The notes under the pieces: generated by a model
What the model saw: only the letters and a program-made list of their open reading frames with translations
Databases searched by the model: none
Told to the model about the DNA's origin: nothing
Program-made: the position numbers and the translations under genes
DNA from: Octopus vulgaris
Taxonomy: Eukaryota
Assembly (NCBI GenBank): GCA_951406725.2
Contig: OX597832.1
Span: 186,001-250,000, forward strand
Reading direction: 5' to 3'
Length of the DNA stretch: 64,000 nt
Shown here: piece by piece, positions 1-13,269 of the stretch
Layout of the letters: every line of letters begins with the position of its first letter
How positions within the stretch are numbered: the first letter of the stretch is position 1

Positions 1-571
1 TCCAACAACTAAGAAAATCGTCTCAGTTCCATTTATCAGTTACTAGGAAAGACTATGCATCTATCAAAAGGAAAATGATAACCTAAGTTGCACAAGCTTA
101 TAATTAAGCCTGAAGAAGTCCTACCCTCATATAGTTAGAATATGATACCTTTCTTAGCATTTCACCAAATGCTTGGAACTTCTGATCAACTAGGTGATAG
201 GACTGAAACATATACGTAGATTCCTTTATTTTATTTTTTGAGCTTTACAACTTGTAATCAATTTATTTGTACTGTTACGTTCTTTAAAAGAAACTTTCAT
301 CATTTTATAACATACAAATAAATTATTCATACATCCATTTTTCCTTCAATATTGATAATATATAATTTCAATAATCCCTTACATATACCAATGACTTTCA
401 CATAATATGATAGGGATTCACCAATGGAATACCTTGGATTATATAATCCCTAATGAGGATATAACTTTGTGGAATTAACTGTTTGTATATATATATATTT
501 ATATATACATATATATGTATATATATCAGTAAATACTGGGGTTGTGTTAACCGCACGTAGAGAAATGATAA

Positions 572-893
572 GAGAGGAAAAATTATAATGAGGCAGAATG
601 CTAATTTGAAAGTAAATTTTAATAAAAATGTGTGTATGAAAAATTAAAAAAGAAAAAATGATAAGTCAAATAATATGGAATGCTTCACGGATTTGCACTA
701 GCTACGGCAGTACATATGCTAAAATTGGAACAGTATAGAGATTAGCATGGCCCCTGCGCAAGGATAACATCCAAATTCTTGAAGCGTTTCATATTCTTTG
801 ATTTATTTTTTAATTTTTTAATTTTTCATACATCCATTTTTATTAAAATTTACTTTCAATTTAGCATTCTGCCTTATTATAATTTTTCCTCTC
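572..893. repeat. Inverted repeat enclosing the U6 copy (arms ~572-696 and ~771-893)
   Basis: 572-696 is the reverse complement of the U6 3' end plus ~95 bp of downstream flank. (TA)n/(TG)n tracts lie on both sides (486-526, 898-1003). Confidence 0.9.
695..799 (+). pseudogene. U6: U6 snRNA pseudogene
   Basis: gcactagctacggcagtacatatgctaaaattggaacagtatagagattagcatggcccctgcgcaaggataacatccaaattcttgaagcgtttcatatt follows U6 along its whole length. The ACAGAGA box is mutated and shortened (atagag), and the upstream sequence is an inverted repeat rather than a promoter. Confidence 0.93.
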
Positions 894-933
894 CAATGTA
901 TATATATATTTATATATGTATGTTTATATATAC

Positions 934-1004
<71 letters not shown>

Positions 1005-1006
<2 letters not shown>

Positions 1007-1190
1007 TGGTATTCGCCATGATAGATCGCTATGTACTACACATTCTTTATTTTCTCTCCTTGTTTCTTTCTGTGCTCCTTTCTGTGGAAGAGCGTAGGCT
1101 CGAAATGTTAAAGACTTTTTCACTTCCCAAGCGTTAAACTAATACATCTGTTTGTTGTCTACATCACCTGTCTTTGTCTTTTGTTTTATG
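1005..1190 (+). mobile_element. Short PLE-type terminal repeat carrying a hammerhead-like motif (family A)
   Basis: Matches the reverse complement of 34245-34445. Contains cttt-CTGTGGA-a-GAGC-gtag-GCTC-GAAA-tgt-t-aaag at 1078-1113. Confidence 0.65.
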
Positions 1191-1199
1191 AGTTTCTTT

Positions 1200-4100
1200 G
1201 AAAGCCTGGCCTTATGTCCTTTTCCCTCCTTCTAGAAGTATATCCTTCCATGCTTTTCCACTTTTGGGTACTCTCCCCTATTATATCCCTCGATCTTCTC
1301 CTTGAGTGCTGCGTTTATGACACCGAAGATTTGATTGTGACGCCATTTATATCTGTCTAGTGCAGTTTGACAGAACATGTCTCACCGTCGCTTTCTCTCT
1401 GCATCTACATTCATCAGTTGTTAGTATATTCCACTGGACTAAATTGGCCGGTGAAGGTAAAACGTCGAAGGCAGACTTGATTAGGAAGGTTCTTGCTTGT
1501 TCCCAAGCCCAGAGTTTCTTCCATGAGATTCTGCAACTGACCACATATTCCTCCAATCTCAGGCACTGTCCCTGTTGACTACATTGTACTAAATGTACAT
1601 TTCACTTTTCTTCTTCCTCTGTTCTTACTTCGTGCACCACTGCCTCTTTCATCTCTTTTACACTACTCATGCAAAATGGCTTGAAATTGTGCAACCCTAG
1701 ACCAGCTCTTGCTTCTTGCATCGCTCCAACTATATTGGCATGCCTTAACTTTCTGATCGCCCTGTTTACTGCCTCTTCCGCTTTCCATTTCCTCCCTGTT
1801 CGTACCTTTGGTGGGTTTTCTCAGATGTTCTGATCTTTCACATACCTTGCATCATTACTGTCCTTGCTTTTCCTGCCTTATATTTTTTAGTGATGGATGT
1901 TATCGGTAGTTGCAGCACAGGTTTTCCATATAGTGCAGTTGTATTCAGTGGTTTTGAAAGACCAAGCCATTTTCTGATAAACACACTGCATCTTTGTTCC
2001 CTCCTTTCTACTCTACTTGAGGCTATTTCGTACTTTTGCAATGGCCACACTATCCTTGGGTACAATACAAATTGCAGTATCCAGCATTTGAATTTCCCTG
2101 GTAATGTTGTTCTGTCAATTGCCTTTAGTTCCTGTTCCACTAAATTGTGTATTTCTTTGCTTTGCTTCCTATCATTTAGTAAATCTCTGTACCATCTGCT
2201 GGAACTGATTGTTCTTTCACCATTGTTATATCTTCACCCCCTATCCTGAATTTCACTTCTTTTTGGATTCCTTTTACAAAAGCCACGCTTTGAGATTTTA
2301 TGGCTTTGAATTTCATTCTCACCCATCCTATTAGTTCATCCAGCTGCTCTAATGTTCCATCTACTGCTTAGTACAGTAACATCGTTCATAAAAGCCTTTA
2401 ACAGTGATATTGTAACAAATTTCTCACAGTTTGTAACATCTCCATGACTAGCACAAATAAGATGACTGATATTGTGCATCCAGCTGCAATACATATTTCA
2501 AGCAGTTGCCACTCTTCTTGTGAACTTTCCTGCTGTAAATCTCATCCTTAATTTATCATAGTAACACATGAGTATTCATTGAACATCTTCTGGAATCCAA
2601 AAGAAGTTCATAGCTGCTTGAATTTGTGTGTGTAGAACTGATCCATATGCATTGACAAGATCTAGCCATGCAATGTACAATTTTTTTTCAGTTGTTTTGC
2701 ACAGTTGATAGCTTCCTAGATCACAAATGCATGTTCTATGCATTCAGGAATCCCTGCTTTTTGGATTTCTTCATTGACATATCTGTTATGTTGTACAAAT
2801 CTTTTGATTCACCTGGCAATAATTCCAAACATGATCTTCCCATTGGTATTTAGTAGTGAAATAGGTCTGAATTGCCCTAGTGTTTTTGCCTCCTTCTCTT
2901 TAGGTAAATACATACCTTCAGCTATACACCATCGCTCTGCTGCATCTTTCTTCTTCCACATTTCTTTTATCAATGCAAATAGGTGTAAATGCAATTTTGG
3001 GCAATACTTATAAACTTTGTAGCTAACTCCATCATTCCCTGGTGAACTTTTTGCTCTTACTTTTCTGATATCACTCAAATCGATTGGTACCCTTGGTTCA
3101 GGTGGTTTCTTCAACCAAAGCATTTCTGGGATTACTTTATTTCTTTCAGTGTCACTATATGTCGCTTTGAGATGGTATTCAAGCTCTTCTTTAGTGCAAT
3201 CTAATCTTCCCCTCTTACTTTCAGTAAACAAACATTTAGCCTATTGATATGGGTTGTTTACAAAATTATGATAGTTCTTTTCTCTCTCCTTTCTTCTTTT
3301 CTTCCTTCTTTTCTTTCTTAGTTGTTCTCGATGCCTCTTTTTTATTTCTTCATATAGTTGTTTAAACCCTTCTTTTCCTCCCCCTTTGCATCCTTCCATC
3401 TGGTCCTGTGATCTTTCTTCTCTTCTCATATCTTTGCGATCCATCTTTCTCTCCTCGATTGTCCACCCTTTGCTGATGATTCTCCATTCCCTGTTGTTTC
3501 AAGTCCAAATCTTTTCTCTCTTTCCTGATAGATTATATTAGCCAAGTTCTCATGTTTTATTTCATTGTCCCCTTTGAATTTGGTGGTCATTCTTGCTACC
3601 TCATCATCGAATTTCTTTTAGCTCACCGCATCATTTGCCTTCGGCCACTTAATTTTTGACTTCTTCACGCCGCTCTCTTTTCTTGACTGTTTCAATTCAA
3701 CTGTGGAATGACTCTCACTATGGTTTCTTTCCAGGAGGTTCTGACCACACGTCTTCCGGTTTTTCAGCCTGTGCTGTTGAATCATTTTCTTCTGACATAC
3801 CTTCCCTTGGTGAATTCTAAGCCTGATGTAACTAGAAAACACCTTTCTGCAGCAGTTTTCCTTTACTGCTTCCTTTCTCATTGTCCATTTCCGGTCTGGG
3901 TCCATTCCTTTTTCTGTTCTTGTTTGATCCTTTATTCTCCCCTCATGCTCCAGGATCATGGGGGCATGGTTCATCATGCTTACTTGTTGCAATTTTACTC
4001 CAGATCAGGCTGCAAGCCCATTTGATCCTTCGTTACACTGTCATACTGTCAAGTGTCTCTTTGCTTTGTCATCCCACTTTCTGGATTGTCAATAAGTCTT

Positions 4101-4590
4101 TTCCTACAGTCAGTATCTGAGGAATTCCAAGCATGTTTCATGGTTCATTACCTCAACAGCTCCTTTATAGGATCCAGTAGCTAAAGACATCATTAGGAGG
4201 AACCATGTCCAGTTTCAACATGGTTCCTCTCCCCTTTCAAATATGTCTTCAGCTCTGGTGTTGAGTGCATTTTTTCTTTCTCCTTTTTTCTTTTGTTCTT
4301 TGGTGTCTTCGATGCAGTGTCAACGAATGTCAGTGGGTGAATGACCATCTTGCCAAATTTCCCTTCAAATACTCATCAGTAGGCTCCTGCAGCCAGCACC
4401 AGGTAACTGTCATGTGACACTCTCTAAGCTTCAACTGACCAATGGAGGGGAATGGGGCATAGTTTTGACCTGCACCCTCTCTAAACCTGCCTTCCAATAG
4501 TGTTGCATTAGTTTCAGTTCCAGGAGCCAGAGCTGACCAGCTGTATGGTGGTACAAGCCTTTGAACCAGGAGGAGGGCTTGCTCCGATTA
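1200..4590 (-). mobile_element. Decayed RLE-type non-LTR retrotransposon, HERO-like
   Basis: Minus-strand fragments: SSPGNDG and FRPISLLN (RT start), LPGKFKCWILQFVLYPRIVWPL..KWLGL, DVLPSPANLVQW..CRC..HVLSNC (zinc motif), and an N-terminal C2H2-like CCRKVF..LRIHQGKVC. Many stops and frameshifts. Confidence 0.8.
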
Positions 4591-5470
4591 AGATGGTTCT
4601 TATTGGAATGTAAATCCCGAATATTTCAGATATATAGGGATTTACTTTGAAATACCCTGCCTGCTACATTACTTTTGAGATTTAACAGCTAACATCATCT
4701 GAGTTTTCTAATCACTAAAGGTGATAAAGTAATTCACATCACCTTGTCAAATTAGTTTAAAAGTATTTCTTCTTGCAGAATATCTTGTTTGCACTAAGTT
4801 GATTAGATATGTGAACATGCATTTATGGCTACATTTCTTAAGGCATCTCCCTGAACAAGTAATCTACCCTACCTTTTTAAATGTTTGAGTTGCAGTTTCT
4901 ATTAACAGTAGTATTCACTAGCACCCAAAAACTGAAAAATATCATTAGGCATTACTTTCTCATGCACTAGTAGTGGTCAGGAAATCCATCTGCTACCAAC
5001 ACTCACTCAAAGCCTTAAAATCATCAATGTTATAATTTTACATGGAAAGTTTCCAATTTTTGTCATCTTTTCTCATTTATGAGTTTTGATGATTGTATTA
5101 AATGTTGATATGTTATGTAATTCCTTTATGGCTTTGATCAATAACACTGGATAAATTAAAATAAAAGTTGCATTGATTTTTAATTATTTGTATGTAGAGA
5201 GTGAGAGTTTGAGAGGTTTCATGTGCTAAAAGTGTTGCAGAAGAGATTTGACTCTTCAGTGACTATTCATTTAGTGTTTCACAATAAAATGTTTTGCTCA
5301 TTAACCTGAACAAAGTGAATATAATGTTGATAAAATAATTCAAAGCATCAAAAATTTTTCAAACATATCTCATTTTCATATTTTTTTCTTTTTGATTTTA
5401 TTTATTATTTCATGTCTTACCTTTCTAGTTAGATATTTGATACCAAGAGATATTAGATTCACACTTTCTT

Positions 5471-5562
<92 letters not shown>

Positions 5563-5589
5563 TATATATACACAGACATACATGTGTGT

Positions 5590-5795
5590 GTCTGTCTGTG
5601 TTTGTTGTCCACTCCCTCCACTACTTGGTGTTGTGCTTATGTCACTTTAACATAGCAATTTGGCAAAAGTAACTGATAAAAAAAAATACCAGGCTTTAAA
5701 AAAAGTGCACTGGTGTTAGTTTGTTCAACTAAAATTCTTCAAGACAGTGCCCCTGTATGTCTGCAGTCTCATGATTGAAAAAGTGAAAGAAAGAT
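5590..5795 (+). mobile_element. Octopus-type SINE, 3' part
   Basis: Degenerate match to the 3' half of the SINE at 50727-51130. Confidence 0.55.
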
Positions 5796-5857
5796 GTATA
5801 GGTAATATGTATGTTTGGGCGACCATTGATATAATTCTCAGAAATGTCACTTTTGAT

Positions 5858-6680
5858 CAGCTGTTAAGGTACAGCATTTGGTAAATTCTGTAAAAAATTT
5901 TATTTATTTATTTTTGTGGGTGGAAATGCACATCTCGTTTTATGTCAGCATAACGTGAAAGGGAGAGAAAATGGACAGGGACATGTGTATGTGTTGACAG
6001 GGGGTGCGAAACAGAAATTGTGTTGTGTGTATGTGAAAGAGAGAGAGAGGGGGGGGGGTGATGGAGAGAGAAAGTGACAGCATACATTTTTTAAATTCAT
6101 TTTCCTTGCATCTTTTTTGAGTGAGTTTGTGAATGATTGACTGAGAGAGAGAGAAAGTGTGAGAGTGAGAGAGGGGGAGAGAGTGATAGCATAAAAGATG
6201 CAAGAAAAACTAACTAAATAAAAAAATTTATGCTATCACTCTCTCCCTCACACACACAGAGCAAGACACACCTCTCTCTCTCTCAGTCTAACACTTAAAA
6301 AGATGCAAGAAAAAGTAAATAAATAAAATTTACGCTATCACTCCCTCCTTCTATCTCTCTCTCTCTCTCTTTCTCCGACAACATGCCTCTCTCTCTCTCA
6401 GTCAATCACTCACTCAAAAAAGATGCAAGGAAAAATAAATAAAAAAATATATACACTGTCACTCTCTCTCTCCCTCACATACACAGTAACACACACCTCT
6501 TTCTCTCTCATACAGATACAACACACACTTTCTGTCTAGCACCCCCCAGCAACACATGTCCCTGTCCATTTTCTCTCTTTTTCACTTTATGCTGACACCA
6601 AATGAAATGTACATTTCCTGCTACAAAAATAAATAAAAATTTTTTATGGAATTTATTTAATGCTCTATGGTAACAGCTGA
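5858..6680. mobile_element. Foldback/MITE-like palindromic element
   Basis: tcagctgtta..gggagagaaaatggacagggacatgtg.. is inverted at ..cacatgtccctgtccattttctctc..taacagctga. The internal subrepeat aaaagatgcaagaaaaa occurs several times. Confidence 0.75.
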
Positions 6681-7589
6681 GCTCCATGCACATGCCTTCA
6701 AGACAAAACGAAAGATTACCATATGTTTGTATATCAGTGTGTGTTTGTATAGGTTCATATTCCCCACCCCATCTTACAACTGAGTGTTCACTGACTGTAA
6801 ATAATAGCATCATTGTTCTTGCAGATGATATTGTTTGTTTCTGATCTTCATGTAACTATGTCCAAGGTATTGTTTGATAGACTGGGAGATTATTACATTG
6901 CTTGGAAACTGGAAGGGGTTGATGCAGAAAGGGCTGTAGAAAACTCTGACCCAGTGTACTCTCGTCTGACCTATGCAAGCATGGAAAAGTAAATGTTACA
7001 TGGTGATAGAAACACATGCACATACATACACACAAAATACTTCATTGTCAACAGGTTTACCAATATTGATGAAATACACAAGACCAGTCTTTACATAAAT
7101 ATATTCATTAAAATTTCATGTGCGTTCAACACAATTTAAAACTGCAGATAATCTTCATATTTTATAGCTACTAACAATCAGTTGCATTTCTTTTAACTCT
7201 GTTGTTTCTCATTATTATGTCATTTTTCTTATTTCTTCTTTCATAACTTTACAGACTATTTACATTTTACTTCAGCAGCAGTTTGTGTTTTTCTTTTTGT
7301 ATTTGGAAATTTTTGTGATACAAATTTTATTGTTTCATTTTCACATGAACATTTTTGGAAAAATAACTGACATTTATTACAAATTATATTCTTGGTGAGA
7401 ATTTTACTTACCTGAACTAAATACTATGTTGATAATACTTACTTCTTATTTATTCTGAACTGAATTGACATTAGGACATGAAATGGTCGTCAAACATTTG
7501 TCAACCATCTTATCTTTTGCCTTCCACATAAAAGTCATTGCTCCAAATTTGTCTTTTCTTTTTTTTTTTTTTTTTTACATTTATTTGCA

Positions 7590-7960
7590 CCTTTATTGTG
7601 AAATGTGTCACTAACCATACATGTTATCTTATGATATATGTGTGACCAGCCAACCTCATTAAATTGTGAAATGTTTGACACAAATCAGCCTCATAATATT
7701 GTGCAATGTTTGTGTCCTGCCAACCATGTGACATTGTGAAATGTATGTGATCAGCCAACCTTGTAAAAATTGTGCCATGTTTGTTGTTAGCCAACTATGT
7801 AATATTGTAAAATGTTTGTCAACCAGCCTTGTAGTATTGTGAAATGTTTGTCATTAACCATCTATATAATATTGTGGAATGTCAGCCATGTGATATTGTG
7901 AAATGTGTTTTGTAACCAGCCATGCAATACTAGTTAACCTTGCGATATTATAAAATTTAT
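7590..7960. repeat. Degenerate ~33-bp minisatellite
   Basis: Recurrent attgtgaaatgt...(a)gccaacc units, about 10 copies. Confidence 0.75.
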
Positions 7961-8711
7961 TTTTTAGGGGCCAAACATCAAAATAATTCTCTGTCTTATG
8001 TTTGTACCAATTATTTTATTTCCTTTTCTTATTGTTTTTCTTCAATGAGTCATTTTAAAAAAAATTTTTAAACTTTAATTTCAGGCTTTAATCTTAAGCT
8101 TTTGCTCCAAAGGACTGTAACTGTCAACTTATCTTTGCTGCAGTTGTTAATCATGTAACTTTTCAACTCTTACTTTTTGGAGAAAGAAATATGGATAAAA
8201 TCGTGGATGGGAAATGACCCTGAAAAGGAAGATGGTCATTTTAGGGGAATATTCTCATCAGTTATTAAATTTAATGTTGGATATTAATATATAGGATTTT
8301 GATAAGCTGAGTATCTTCTTAAATATTTTTTAATTGCAGCAGTTAATTTAGAGCTTAATGAGTTCTAACAAAACCTATTAACTAAATAGATAAAGTTGTC
8401 AAATACTAATGTTTGAATGTTAAAATTTATTTTTCAAATCATTCTGCTATAGCGTTAATTAGCTGTATCTTGAATATTATTCAAATGTGCATATGTCTTC
8501 CTTGTCATATCCCATATTGCTAGTACCCCTCGACCTCAGTAGATACTTATTAAATACACAGTGATTTCTAGGCAAAACTAACAGACCAAGAATAGAGCTG
8601 AACTTTTGAAGTCTTCATTGATAAGGTAAGTTATACTTGTATATTTTTATTTGAAAGAAACTTCAAGAATATTTAAATGGCTATTTATTTTTTTCCTTGA
8701 GCTTATTTATT

Positions 8712-9420
8712 TCATCATCATCATCATCGTTTAACGTCCATTTTCCATGCTAGTATGGGTTGGACAGTTCGACCGGGGTCTGGGAGGCCAGGAGGCTGCA
8801 CCAGGCTCCAGTCTGATCTGGATGCCCTTCCCAACGCCAACCACTCCGTGAGTGTGGCGGGTGCTTTTTACGTGCCACCGGCACAGGCCAGAGGAGGCTG
8901 GCAATGGACACAATCGGTTGGTGCTTTTTATGTGCCAATGGCACGTACGCCATTCAAGGCGGCACTGGCATCGGTCATGTTCGGATAGTGCTCTTTTACG
9001 TGCCACCGGCATGGGTATCACAACTACAGTTTCCATTTGATTTTTATTTTGATGTTGATGTACTTGACTCAGTAGGTCTCCTCAAGCACAGCAGGTCACC
9101 CTACAATCCAAGGTTAGCACAGCAGACCATCTTGCGAGCCATGAACTCACTTCATTTGTCAGGTCTTCGCAGTCACAGCATATCTCCAGGGATCTCAGTC
9201 TTCCATCATTGCCTTTGTGAGACTCAACGTTCAAAGGTCATGCTTAACCACCTCATCCCATGCCTTCCTGGGTCTACCTCTACCCAGGATTCCTTCAACT
9301 GTTTGGGAGTGGCACTTCTTCACACATCTCTCCTCATCCATCCATAGTACATGACCATACCAACACAAACGTCTCTCCTGCATGCCACATCCGATCTACT
9401 GCATGGCACCTTGGACAAGT
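8712..9420 (-). mobile_element. RTE LINE 3' end with (GAT)n tail and gtgccaccggcac subrepeats
   Basis: catcatcatcgtttaacgtcc tail. The minus strand at ~9230-9360 encodes a degenerate WYGHV..GRGRPRK.WDEVV motif. Same family as 39885-41275. Confidence 0.8.
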
Positions 9421-9889
9421 ATCATTTTCTAAAGCCTTGGGTTGACTTAATCTTTGTGAGTGAAGTTTGGTGGACAGAAACTGTAGAGATGTCTGTCAGA
9501 TGGACTGCATTAGTAACTCAAAAGTCCAGCCTAGTCATACTCTTATAACATGCTGATTCTGGTTGAGAATTACATTAATGATACACATGTTTATGGAATA
9601 CTCAGCCACTTACATGCTAATTCAATGAGTTTGTAGTTTAGTTGATCAAACAACTGAACTATCTCTAGAAATTCTGAGATGCATTTATTTTTATTACATA
9701 TATATTTCCTAATTTTAATGGCATATTTTTTAAATACTTTTTAAGACCCACTGTTCTTTACTCTGGTTCTGTTTATTATTAACAAATTGCCTTTGCTGAC
9801 TGTCATTTTTTATTCTGTTATACTTTGCTGAGTTCTATCTCCACCCCACCACTAAAAAAGCTTGATTTAAAAAAAAACAAAAAAACCTT

Positions 9890-10830
9890 CATTTTTTTAA
9901 CTTGATCAAACTTGTCTCTTTCAAAATAGGACCATCTTCTCTTAATACACCACTCCAAATGTTTTGTCCTCCACCCATTTCCATGGGTGGTGTACAGTTT
10001 TCTTCTATCATCTGGAATTAGTAACTCTTCAGGATAACTTTCAACTTTTAGTACTAAATAAAAGTCTGCAGGAGGTAAATGCAGCAAGCAGGGTGTTAGT
10101 GACTGATAAGAATTATCATATGCTTTGTCAAAAAGGCACAGATAGAGACTGACATGTGCAGATGCATTGACTTGGTACAGCATTTAGGTTGTTTGTCCAT
10201 GCCTCAGATATCTTCCTTTGCTCTATTTCTCTCAAATGTTTCCAGGTATCTAAGTAAAGTTCTGTATTGATTATTTGACCCATGTGGAACAAACACATGA
10301 TGAATAATGAACCTCTAATCAAAATGGACATTACCATCTTTGCATATGACTGATATTAATGATAATCTGAGCCTCTGCATTGGCAACCTTTTTGTTCCTA
10401 CATTGTAGCCACATATCCATATTTTGTTTTCTGTTATAAATTTTCAAAAATTTTTCTTCAGCACTCAAACAATCAGCTTCTAACTGATCATGACTTAGTT
10501 CCCTCTGTTCACAAATTTTGTAGCCATACAATGCATCATCAGTTTTTCTTTTAAACTCATGTGGCATGAATTTCACAGATGCCTTTTTCATGGATCACAA
10601 TACATACTTTTATGACCATCATCTATTGTCTTGGAAATTCATCCAGATCCCGAATTATTTCTATGAGGTCTTCTTCCTGGTTTGGAAACATGGTACCTTG
10701 CACGTGGTTCAAACAATCTTTGCTATTGACCAGTGGCAACCTTAGAAAAATTTCCATATGTATTTTTCCAATTTGAAACATAATTTCACTCAAACACATT
10801 GCTTGAACCAAGACATTGTAAAGCCATTTT
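9890..10830 (-). mobile_element. Decayed mariner transposase remnant
   Basis: Fragments MGQIINTELYLDTWKHLRE..RKISEAW, KKASVKFMPH and LPPADFYL..K resemble mariner DD34D transposase. Confidence 0.65.
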
Positions 10831-12439
10831 GATACTGACTATACTTTTTGTGATGTTTGAATGACTACATTGAAATAGTTCTTCATCTAAAATACTTTTA
10901 AGTGTCCTTGAATTCTAATTAAGCAGGTTCAAATAAATAGCTGTTCTGTATATCATTGTTTCTCTTACTCCCAACAACTTAGTTTATTGGGCTGGTAACT
11001 ACTCCAAAGAGGTGCAGTTCATTACTGTAAGTAGCCAGGTGAACTTTATAGTGTTAGGTTGGTTTGCAGTGATGAGTCAAATCTTTTCATAGCATTGAAG
11101 AAAGCTGCAAGAAACTGTCACCAGAAGTATCTGATATTATGTGTACATTACAGGACATCAGCTTGTAACTAAAACTCAATAAGTTTGATAATGGCTCAAT
11201 ATTCTTCAGACCTCCAACAAATGAAAAATCAAGTTCATCTTAGCATAATTCAATCTGAAGTGTATACAGCACCCAAACTGGCAATTAATGGTTTTTCAAA
11301 CTGTGGAGACCATTCTTAAAACATTCAACCATTATCTGAGATGTAATATTTGATGTCCATATAAAAAAGTGAAATTGGTGTTTATATAAGGAGTTAAGGC
11401 AGTTGGCACTGTCTCAGTCTCTGAGGATGTTACTTGATTTAGTTCCTTTTTTCACACGATTAGCCTTAAGCTCATATGTTCAACATTTCAATGGAATTTA
11501 TCTCTTCCAACGGTTATGTTTAGTTACCACCAACATTTTTAGACATATCAAGCATATGTTATTTTGATGAATGAGAAAGAAATTTGAAAACATTCTCCAG
11601 AGGGGACATAAAGATGAGATCTCCCCCAACAGCTCCAAAACATTGTCTCATAACACCACAGTGTGTGTGGCTAAAATTCTCAAACTCATTACAAACACTA
11701 CACTTTACACTCACACATGTTCCCTTAAGGTGACCAGATATATATAAAAGGCAAAACTGCTTGTCAAGTCTTGGGGACCCAGAACTATTCCTGCTCTCAA
11801 AAGCTACTGATTCTGTGATGCTATAGCTGCTACACATAAACATTCTAGATTACATTGAAAGAAAAGTTCTCACCTTATTGATTAGAATTTTTTTACTCTG
11901 CAAAACACTGGTACCACTTGTTCACTTGTGTATCTCCTACCATTACTCTGTAACTTGTGTACAACCATCCTCCTACTACTCATCACTGCACAATACCTTC
12001 ATATTGACCTCAGTTATCCAAGAAGTTCTCCCAAGGTTTTAACATTTCCCCTCTCCTTGATAAGGTAGTAAAAAAAAATATAAATCAACGAAACTAAAAT
12101 TCTTTTTATACTATAGATTATTTATCTTTTATTCTTTTATCAACTTACAATCTCTAGCCACATCTCACTATATATTACGGTTGGGGCTGGGAGATATATT
12201 GACTGTGATATTTACTTCTTAGAAGATTGCAATTTTTAATTAGATTCTGTTTGCCTTACATTATTTCCCTAGATAAATATGATAAAATTTTATTTGTTCT
12301 GTTGTTTTAACGATTTTATTCAAGATAATTGGGAAAATGTTACAGGTTGTATGTCATAGAATCAATATCATTTCTTCAGAAAGGTGCCAGATGCTACAAA
12401 TATTATTTTACTTTAACAGTAACGATATAGCATCACATA

Positions 12440-12960
12440 ATGTGGACAATAACTGAAGGTTTCTACAGGAGAACCTGCTGAGGGCTACTGACCAGATCTG
12501 TGATGGTGGTGGAACAATGTAGTTGAGAGGGCCATTAGGGAAAAGAAACAGGCATGGAAGGACTGGAAGTGTGCTGGTAGTAGGGAACTGTATCAGATTG
12601 CCAGATGGGAAGCTAGGACACAGGTTTACTTAGCCAGAGGGGAAGCAGATAAGAAAAAATTTGCCAATGTTCTGCATTGTGAGGACTAGAGACTTGACAT
12701 GTTTTGAATTGCAAGACAGTGTATGAGAGAAAATCGCAATGTCATAAGAGAGAAATGTGTCTGCATGTATGATGGCTCACTTGCATTTAATGATGCTTCA
12801 AAGAGAGAGACTTAGAGATGCTACTATGGAAGGTTGCTAAATGAAGAGAATGAATGGAAGAAAGAGAATCTGCCAAATGTCGACCCAACAGAGGGACAAG
12901 ATATTCGAATTGACAGCACTTTTGGTAGATAAAGCAATTATCCCATCTCATATTCACAGA
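12440..12960 (+). mobile_element. RTE LINE ORF fragment
   Basis: Translates to WWN..RAIREKKQAWKDWK..GSRELYQIAR..ADKKKFANVL, typical of the RTE linker region. Confidence 0.65.
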
Positions 12961-13269
12961 TCTTAGAATCTGTCTTAACTCAAACAAAAGAGCCTTGGAT
13001 TTTGTGATGGAAAAACTGGAATCTCAAAGAAAAGCCTTTCATTCATTCATTTAATTATGTATACATTTATACAAACACCCATTCATACACCCCCACACAC
13101 ATGCACATATGCATTTTACTAATTTAATTATACCTCTTGTTTCTATTTAATCAGTAGTATTGTTTCAAATGAGCACATTTCTACATCTATGTTCTCATGT
13201 AAGTACAGATATGTAGTGTGTGTGTGTAATTTCTTCCTGGGTGGGACAGAAGAAATTAAGAAATTATGC

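Noticed and set aside
449-485. cctaatgaggatataac as a hammerhead 5' half
   Set aside because: The core has a mismatch, and the sequence is cut by a microsatellite with no GAAA partner visible.
695-799. Functional U6 gene
   Set aside because: The ACAGAGA box is damaged and the upstream promoter position is occupied by the inverted repeat.
779-1137. ORFs rich in YI/CV/HT repeats here and at many other positions
   Set aside because: They are translations of (TA)n/(TG)n microsatellites, not genes.
4355-4385. Minus-strand ctgatgagtatttgaagggaaa in the HERO-like 5' region
   Set aside because: No convincing stem II, III or I pairing.
11559-11880. Possible solo LTR or promoter (tatataaaag) and a 94-aa ORF
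   Set aside because: No second copy, TG..CA ends or recognisable protein motif.
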